Sequence record: AY308796.1
Source of the DNA: Escherichia phage Tls
Reading direction: 5' to 3' (one strand)
Length of the DNA: 49,902 nt
The notes under the pieces: model-generated
What the model was told of the DNA's origin: nothing
Seen by the model: the letters and a program-made list of their open reading frames with translations, nothing else
The model's database searches: none
Shown: positions 45,156-49,902 of the stretch, piece after piece
How positions within the stretch are numbered: position 1 is the stretch's first letter
Layout of the letters: each line of letters begins with the position of its first letter
Translations under genes and position numbers: made by a program

Positions 45156-45395
45156 GATCGGCTCAACCCTGGCTAATAACTTTCCGTCTATAATGCTATG
45201 ACATTCAAGAGTTTTAGGATCGAATGCAAGCGAACGATGGAACGTATGACCAATCAGCAACTTACCAGGCTTTTCCCTCACCTTGTAAACCTCATCGCCA
45301 GGTTTAAACATTGCCGAGTCGCTGTAAACGACTTTATACCGGAATTCGCGCATCGCTTTTGGGATGTGCCTTGTATATTCAACGCCTTTAATCAT
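45150..45395 (-). CDS. hypothetical protein (81 aa)
   Basis: ATG with SD aagga. Confidence 0.5.
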   Translation of the reverse strand: MIKGVEYTRHIPKAMREFRYKVVYSDSAMFKPGDEVYKVREKPGKLLIGHTFHRSLAFDPKTLECHSIIDGKLLARVEPIK

Positions 45396-45754
45396 TTGTA
45401 AAGTCCTTCAAACAGATAAGCGCCACCAGCGGCAGAGAATCCGACTTCCTCACGATACAGCGTGAAACGGTCGCCGTTTTCGTCGAACACATATCCAGCA
45501 ACAGCACCTAACACTCGGCCTTGTTCGATTTGGTAACGCTTATCAGCTTTGAAAGTTTTCTTGATCTGCATGGAATGGTTTACCCATGTGCATTTAATGG
45601 TTTTGGTCTTAACATTTCGGAATGTTAATCCGGTTAAGTTGGCGTGAATCCATTTCCCATCTAACTTAACGAAAGTATCATCATTTTCGTCTACCCGCGC
45701 TTTGTATAGGCGGTTATCAGATCCGATAAGTTTGATTGATTTGAATTTAGCCAT
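45392..45754 (-). CDS. hypothetical protein (120 aa)
   Basis: ATG with SD aaggag; ATGA overlap with downstream gene. Confidence 0.5.
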   Translation of the reverse strand: MAKFKSIKLIGSDNRLYKARVDENDDTFVKLDGKWIHANLTGLTFRNVKTKTIKCTWVNHSMQIKKTFKADKRYQIEQGRVLGAVAGYVFDENGDRFTLYREEVGFSAAGGAYLFEGLYK

Positions 45755-45786
45755 TTGATTTATCTCCTTTTGTTTTCGTTGAAAGC

Positions 45787-45832
45787 ATTATGCCGGATAC
45801 GTGATCCGGCGTTTTAACAAAAAGTGCTATTT
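45787..45832 (-). promoter_or_regulatory. motif promoter (minus): AAATAGCACTTTTTGTTAAAAC + 18 nt + CATAAT
   Basis: Motif reverse complement 45811-45832; hairpin gccggat/atccggc; -10 at 45787-45792. Confidence 0.55.
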
Positions 45833-46522
45833 CTGATTTGCCAGGCATACAGCAAGCGCAAAGCCGCGCGGAGTGAGTGAGCGGATCAGCTTTGTTCGCT
45901 TAGACTTACCTCCTAGCTTTTGCCAGCCTGGATTGTTGTTCCCTGTTGGCAATACTGCGTTTGTATCCGGCATCACAAAACCGTTACCCGTCCAAAGGCA
46001 AGTTTTTTTGGTGTACGCATCGCGAGCAGGAATGATTTCAGGAAAGTGAGGATGTTTATCATCTTCCGGCAACAGACCGCCAAACGCGCAAGGATGAAAT
46101 ATAAAATCGGGTTGCCGCCACATCGACGACAGGACGCTAACAGGATTCTCGATCACGTATGGCACATTGAACCAATCCGCAATTTCAGCCGCAATCTTGC
46201 ATGTTGAAACTGCCTTATCCTGGAATAGCGGATCACGTTCACGCTTTGCGGAAAAGTGACGCGAACCGCTAACAGCTAAATCAGTGCATGGAGGAAACGC
46301 GATCACAAAATCAGGCTTGCCGTAAACCTCATTGCGAGCCTTAAAGCTGAAATCTGAATCAATCCAAACGTTCACATACTCAATGTTGGGATGACTTACG
46401 CGCACTGAATGGTAATCACCATGATCGGCATCATCATAATTGAAACAGATTACTTTGTGACCACGTTCAGCCCACGGCAACGCATCATAACCGGAACCGC
46501 TAAAAAGAGAAAAAACTAACAT
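45827..46522 (-). CDS. compact DNA cytosine-5 methyltransferase-like protein
   Basis: Motif I-like FSLFSGSGYD, motif IV-like FPPCTDLAVSG (Pro-Cys), motif VI-like YVIENP; ATG 46522 with SD aaagga; ORF-track start 46606 is an extension. Confidence 0.55.
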   Translation of the reverse strand: MLVFSLFSGSGYDALPWAERGHKVICFNYDDADHGDYHSVRVSHPNIEYVNVWIDSDFSFKARNEVYGKPDFVIAFPPCTDLAVSGSRHFSAKRERDPLFQDKAVSTCKIAAEIADWFNVPYVIENPVSVLSSMWRQPDFIFHPCAFGGLLPEDDKHPHFPEIIPARDAYTKKTCLWTGNGFVMPDTNAVLPTGNNNPGWQKLGGKSKRTKLIRSLTPRGFALAVCLANQK

Positions 46523-46630
46523 ACTTAAATCCTTTGTGTATGGCCTTGTGAGGCGTTTTGTTTGTGGTGTCGCAACTGTATTGGCTACGGCCTGAAATCG
46601 CGCCATAATGCGAAACAGGCCGCTATTTTT

Positions 46631-46708
46631 TTACTTACAGAATGGGCATGTTGTTTTATCCCCGCTTCCGCCGTGTTTTGGACAGCAAATTTTTTCGATA
46701 GGTGTCAT
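46631..46708 (-). CDS. micro-ORF, 25-aa Cys-rich peptide (MTPIEKICCPKHGGSGDKTTCPFCK)
   Basis: Perfect SD aaggag 7 nt upstream of ATG; CC...CPFC spacing resembles a zinc ribbon; not in ORF track. Confidence 0.35.
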   Translation of the reverse strand: MTPIEKICCPKHGGSGDKTTCPFCK

Positions 46709-46720
46709 TTTAAATACTCC

Positions 46721-46945
46721 TTAGAATGGGAAACAACGCTTGCAAGATGGATCGAAGTTACAACCGCAATCATTGATTATTGCGTTAGGATCAGCAAGCA
46801 TCACGCTACTTTCTTGATCCATATCCATAGCGCCTAATGCATCATCAAGCGTCATTTCAAGATAGGCAACTTTAAGCGCCCATTCCTTGTTGAGTCCAGC
46901 CGCCTCCGCTTCATGTAGGCGAGCAAAGAAAGCATCTTGAACCAT
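46721..46945 (-). CDS. hypothetical protein with Cys-rich C-terminus (74 aa)
   Basis: In-frame ATG; C-terminal DCGCNFDPSCKRCF. Confidence 0.45.
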   Translation of the reverse strand: MVQDAFFARLHEAEAAGLNKEWALKVAYLEMTLDDALGAMDMDQESSVMLADPNAIINDCGCNFDPSCKRCFPF

Positions 46946-46946
46946 A

Positions 46947-47168
46947 TCAACCCCACTTCTCAATAAACATGCTCATTTCGTCAATCATCGCGTAAGCATC
47001 GCTTTCAGTCATGCGGCGTATTTTTCCGCCTGGGTGTTCGCCAACAGCGTAACCAGTTTTTACGCGGGTAATCGTTAACTGATGGAATCCAGAAGCGCGA
47101 TCCATTTTCAAAACTACTTTCCCGTGAGCTTTGACAATGTTCATGATGGATTCAGTTTTCAGTTTCAT
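46947..47168 (-). CDS. hypothetical protein (73 aa)
   Basis: ATG with SD ggaga; first gene after motif promoter. Confidence 0.5.
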   Translation of the reverse strand: MKLKTESIMNIVKAHGKVVLKMDRASGFHQLTITRVKTGYAVGEHPGGKIRRMTESDAYAMIDEMSMFIEKWG

Positions 47169-47199
47169 TTTTGATTCTCCATTTTGTTTATGTGAAAGT

Positions 47200-47245
47200 A
47201 TGATACCAATCAGAGCGATATCGTTTTTAGCAATTCGTGCTATTT
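47200..47245 (-). promoter_or_regulatory. motif promoter (minus): AAATAGCACGAATTGCTAAAAAC + TATCAT
   Basis: Motif reverse complement 47224-47245; -10 at 47200-47205. Confidence 0.5.
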
Positions 47246-47394
47246 ACGGCGATAAACGGATATCCTGTTAAATCTGCATTTCTATAACGTGCAGACCTAA
47301 CCCAACAGCCGCCTTTGCTCATAATTAAAGCGTTTTTATTGCGAATGTTCACGCGGTAAATTCTTCCGGTTTTTATGTTTTTGAAATATGTCAT
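47227..47394 (-). CDS. small hypothetical protein (55 aa) ending ...NSTNC inside promoter motif
   Basis: ATGA overlap with upstream gene; stop codon is the TTGCTAA of the motif; not in ORF track. Confidence 0.4.
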   Translation of the reverse strand: MTYFKNIKTGRIYRVNIRNKNALIMSKGGCWVRSARYRNADLTGYPFIAVNSTNC

Positions 47395-47636
47395 AATTTA
47401 ACCTCATGATATTCTATGAATTCTTGCACATATGCGCATTCGCGCGGCGACTCCTGGACTTTTAGGACTTCACAGCCACCATTAAACAGATAGCAATGAT
47501 GGCAAAGGTTGCCGCCTACGTTTTCCTCAGCGATCTGAATTCCGGTACACAAACCGCCACCAAACCTATGAACGAAATGATAAGCGGAACACCTGCAATT
47601 AATTTGCCTACGCTTTCTTTTTGCCGTGGTTTTCAT
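47391..47636 (-). CDS. Cys-rich hypothetical protein (81 aa)
   Basis: Cys pairs CRC...C and CHHC...C; overlaps HNH gene end. Confidence 0.5.
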   Translation of the reverse strand: MKTTAKRKRRQINCRCSAYHFVHRFGGGLCTGIQIAEENVGGNLCHHCYLFNGGCEVLKVQESPRECAYVQEFIEYHEVKL

Positions 47637-48120
47637 GAAAACCCCTGTTTATTTTTTCTCTCTCAATAGCCATGCCAGCTAATTCAGAAGAATCAAAAAG
47701 ACCAATATGGATTTCTTTTCCGTCTACTTTTAATCTTGCTCTCCATTTTTTAGCTACGGAATGCCACGACACACCGTTAAACCCTGATTTATTTGCTTTG
47801 CAATATGATTGATTTTTCCCGTTTTCATTTGCACTAACAAGGCGTAGATTTTCTATCCTGTTATCAGTTCTATCGTGGTTTATATGATCAATCTGCATTC
47901 CATCTGGAATTTTGCCATTATGCATTTCCCAAACGATTCGATGCGCAAGATAACTTTTATCATTCAGAGATATCTCTATGTATCCATCATTTCTTATGCT
48001 TCCGGCAACCTTTCCAGCCCATTTTTTATTCCATGCAGAGTCCCTATATGATCTTATGTTTGTGCGCGGCTTTCTTATAAGATTTCCGCAATCATATATA
48101 AAAAAGTCGTGCCAATTCAT
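47608..48120 (-). CDS. HNH homing endonuclease with AP2-like domain (second copy)
   Basis: Core QIDHINHDRTDNRIENLRLVSANENGKN and AP2-like GVSWH....KWRARLKVDG; SD ggag; paralogue of 40160-40636. Confidence 0.8.
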   Translation of the reverse strand: MNWHDFFIYDCGNLIRKPRTNIRSYRDSAWNKKWAGKVAGSIRNDGYIEISLNDKSYLAHRIVWEMHNGKIPDGMQIDHINHDRTDNRIENLRLVSANENGKNQSYCKANKSGFNGVSWHSVAKKWRARLKVDGKEIHIGLFDSSELAGMAIEREKINRGFHENHGKKKA

Positions 48121-48151
48121 TTCAAATTCTCCGGTTAGTTTCGATGAATGT

Positions 48152-48197
48152 ATTATGCCAAAACAAACCGGATCGCTTTTAACAAAAAGTGCTATTT
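48152..48197 (-). promoter_or_regulatory. motif promoter (minus): AAATAGCACTTTTTGTTAAAAG + CATAAT
   Basis: Motif reverse complement 48177-48197; -10 at 48152-48157. Confidence 0.55.
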
Positions 48198-48390
48198 AGT
48201 CAGATTCCATTACGATTACTGGTTCCAAACGCTCTAGCACAACCTTGAAATCTGCAAAGAAAGTCGGACGTCGCTTTGTCAATTCCTCATAGGTATCAGT
48301 TGCAATGCAAGCGCGATCACCTTCATAGCACACAACGCGTTTACTATTTGCGCGACTAATTGCAACAACTCGATAAGTATTCTTGATCAT
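48196..48390 (-). CDS. hypothetical protein (64 aa)
   Basis: ORF-track ORF with ATG; ATGA overlap with upstream gene. Confidence 0.45.
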   Translation of the reverse strand: MIKNTYRVVAISRANSKRVVCYEGDRACIATDTYEELTKRRPTFFADFKVVLERLEPVIVMESD

Positions 48391-48623
48391 TTCATCACCT
48401 CAATTGAATAAACATGTTCAACGCCTGGCGCGTATACCCGATTTTTATCATCAGTTACGCAAAGGCAAAGAGGCAAGCCGCGATTGTCTGTAATATGCAA
48501 GTGATTTTGTTTATCCATCAAAATTTCATATTCGCGATCTTCATCAAAGCGCCAAACGCTCAACATACCATCGCCCAGCATTTTTATTTTTGCTTTCTTG
48601 CCTACAAATTTTTGACCGATCAT
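48387..48623 (-). CDS. hypothetical protein (78 aa)
   Basis: ATG directly after upstream stop. Confidence 0.5.
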   Translation of the reverse strand: MIGQKFVGKKAKIKMLGDGMLSVWRFDEDREYEILMDKQNHLHITDNRGLPLCLCVTDDKNRVYAPGVEHVYSIEVMK

Positions 48624-48845
48624 TTATTTATCCTCCACAGTTTCAAATACGGTATTAAATGCCAGAAGTTTAAATTTCTTTCCAGGCTCAACCACTGCGA
48701 TATTCCAGGTAATTCCGCTGTGATATGCAACCATATCATCAATATCGACGGTGATTTGTGCGCCCTTCTTGAATAAGCCTTTTTCATGGCTCGCATCGCG
48801 TACAGTAACCACAGTTTCGAATTGCGTTTGTTGTTCAAAGTTCAT
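48624..48845 (-). CDS. hypothetical protein (73 aa)
   Basis: ATG with SD aggag; first gene after motif promoter. Confidence 0.5.
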   Translation of the reverse strand: MNFEQQTQFETVVTVRDASHEKGLFKKGAQITVDIDDMVAYHSGITWNIAVVEPGKKFKLLAFNTVFETVEDK

Positions 48846-48875
48846 CGTTGATTCTCCTGATTGGTTGATGTGTGT

Positions 48876-48921
48876 ATTATGCCGGAATAAGATCAGGCAC
48901 GTTTAACAAAAAGTGCTATTT
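48876..48921 (-). promoter_or_regulatory. motif promoter (minus): AAATAGCACTTTTTGTTAAAC + CATAAT
   Basis: Motif reverse complement 48901-48921; -10 at 48876-48881. Confidence 0.55.
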
Positions 48922-49060
48922 CAAAACACAAAAGCCCTGGCGCTAAAAGTATTATCTTTGACTATTTGCCGCGCCTCCAGGCAACGAGCTTTGCTGTGAA
49001 ATTCTTGCGTTGTTACCGCCTCACCTTGCATTGTTTGAAGCGCAATAATTAGCACGTAAA

Positions 49061-49279
49061 TCATTTTTCCTTTCCTTCATTGTATGCAAGGTTAATGTGA
49101 ATTGATGCACTTCCGACAATTTCAGCGGTTCCAATCTCAACCATGTATATCAATTCATGGCGGCTAAATGATGTGTATGCATGGAATCCGTTAACAATGC
49201 GCATAACCGGAAGTTCACTGTATTTTGTGTTAGGCACTGCATATTCATTGCCAGTGCTCTTAATGCGTATAAGAATCAT
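49061..49279 (-). CDS. hypothetical protein (72 aa)
   Basis: In-frame ATG with SD gggaga; ORF-track start 49300 is TTG. Confidence 0.45.
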   Translation of the reverse strand: MILIRIKSTGNEYAVPNTKYSELPVMRIVNGFHAYTSFSRHELIYMVEIGTAEIVGSASIHINLAYNEGKEK

Positions 49280-49280
49280 T

Positions 49281-49565
49281 TTATTCTCCCACGATCCCAA
49301 AGATAGAAATTATTGAGTTTGTACGACTCCGGCGATACTTGCGAATAACAACCGTTAAGTTTTCGCCTTGCTGATGACCTAACGTGATCGGCATTTCAGA
49401 ACCATCACCGAATTCATCACCAACCTTTTTGGGCTTTTCTCGCCACGCGCAAATGAAACCAAATTTATCACGCGTGATATAGCGGTATATGTTAGGAAGG
49501 GGAATCTTAACCCCTTCAAAGTCTACCGTTTGCGTGTAACTGCGGAAACTAAGCGTGGAATTCAT
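49281..49565 (-). CDS. hypothetical protein (94 aa)
   Basis: ATG with SD ggagagg. Confidence 0.5.
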   Translation of the reverse strand: MNSTLSFRSYTQTVDFEGVKIPLPNIYRYITRDKFGFICAWREKPKKVGDEFGDGSEMPITLGHQQGENLTVVIRKYRRSRTNSIISIFGIVGE

Positions 49566-49707
49566 AAATCACCTCTCCAAATTCTCCGATTACTTGCGCC
49601 TTGTAATATCCTCCGCGATTAGCCAACAAATACGCCTGGCTCAGTGTTTCAAGCGAGCGGGTTACTGGCTGGCTGTTTTCGTGTTCCCAGGTAATCAAGG
49701 TAGTCAT
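49549..49707 (-). CDS. small hypothetical protein (52 aa)
   Basis: ATG with SD gagga; first gene after motif promoter; not in ORF track. Confidence 0.4.
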   Translation of the reverse strand: MTTLITWEHENSQPVTRSLETLSQAYLLANRGGYYKAQVIGEFGEVIYEFHA

Positions 49708-49738
49708 TGCTAAATCCTCAGTTCATTTCAATGAAGTA

Positions 49739-49784
49739 ATCATAGCAATTCGTGGCTGATTGGTTTTAGCAAAAAATGCTATTC
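49739..49784 (-). promoter_or_regulatory. motif promoter (minus, variant): GAATAGCATTTTTTGCTAAAAC + 18 nt + TATGAT
   Basis: Motif reverse complement 49763-49784; -10 at 49739-49744. Confidence 0.5.
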
Positions 49785-49794
49785 ATGCGATAGA

Positions 49795-49902
49795 CCGATT
49801 GGTCTAGACCGATTGGTCTAATGAACACATCGTTTTCTGTATCGAACGCATTCACGATCCTGTTACGTGATCGTTATATGATCAGATGATGATTGATGTG
49901 TG
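49795..49902. repeat. non-coding window end with tandem direct repeat gaccgattggtcta x2 and GAT-rich tail
   Basis: Read directly: tagaccgattggtctagaccgattggtcta at about 49795-49822, then gatcagatgatgattgatgtgtg. Confidence 0.5.

Noticed and set aside
46562-46837. Plus-strand ORF 46562-46837 spanning the Dcm start region
   Set aside because: Antisense to the minus-strand Cys-rich micro-ORF and to 46721-46945, which have better RBSs and operon context
1521-49784. Whether the recurring 22-nt motif could be a CRISPR array or terminal repeats
   Set aside because: Copies are hundreds to thousands of bp apart, strand-matched to downstream genes, at fixed distance from -10 hexamers, and there are no adjacent cas genes; these are regulatory elements
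1-49902. Lysogeny module (integrase, CI-like repressor, attP) or tRNA genes
   Set aside because: No tyrosine or serine recombinase-like ORF and no cloverleaf-compatible tRNA sequence was recognised; the phage appears virulent. The HTH protein at 35224-35832 is not adjacent to any integrase

Overview
The window reads as a complete or near-complete ~50 kb genome of a virulent, T1-like (Drexlerviridae-type) siphophage of an enterobacterial host. This is inferred from gene content and order only; no database search was possible. It has four strand-switching blocks: (i) 589-8704 (+), about 28 small early genes including a Pnk-like 3'-phosphatase and a P-loop kinase; (ii) 8792-28706 (+), the structural operon (TerS, TerL, portal, head morphogenesis, protease/scaffold, major capsid, major tail, G/GT frameshifted chaperones, tape measure, lambda-like M-L-K-I-J) followed by exonuclease/Erf/SSB at 29166-31761; (iii) 32060-35832 (-), side tail fibre, primase and an HTH regulator; (iv) 35921-42972 (+), helicase, VRR-NUC, lipoprotein, Dam, HNH endonuclease, HTH-metallophosphoesterase and a pinholin/SAR-endolysin/u-spanin lysis cassette, then 42986-49707 (-), small genes with a compact Dcm-like methylase, a second HNH endonuclease and a 526-aa P-loop protein. 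No integrase or repressor module, tRNA or CRISPR array was seen. The most notable non-coding signals are a 22-nt motif (AAATAGCAC-N6-YTAAAAC) found 17 times, always co-directional with the downstream gene and 18 nt from a TGn-extended -10, and two homologous AT-rich ~300-bp elements each ending in a near-consensus sigma70 promoter. Many ORF-track starts are TTG/GTG extensions; I re-called starts at in-frame ATGs with Shine-Dalgarno sequences, and coordinates of small genes are approximate.
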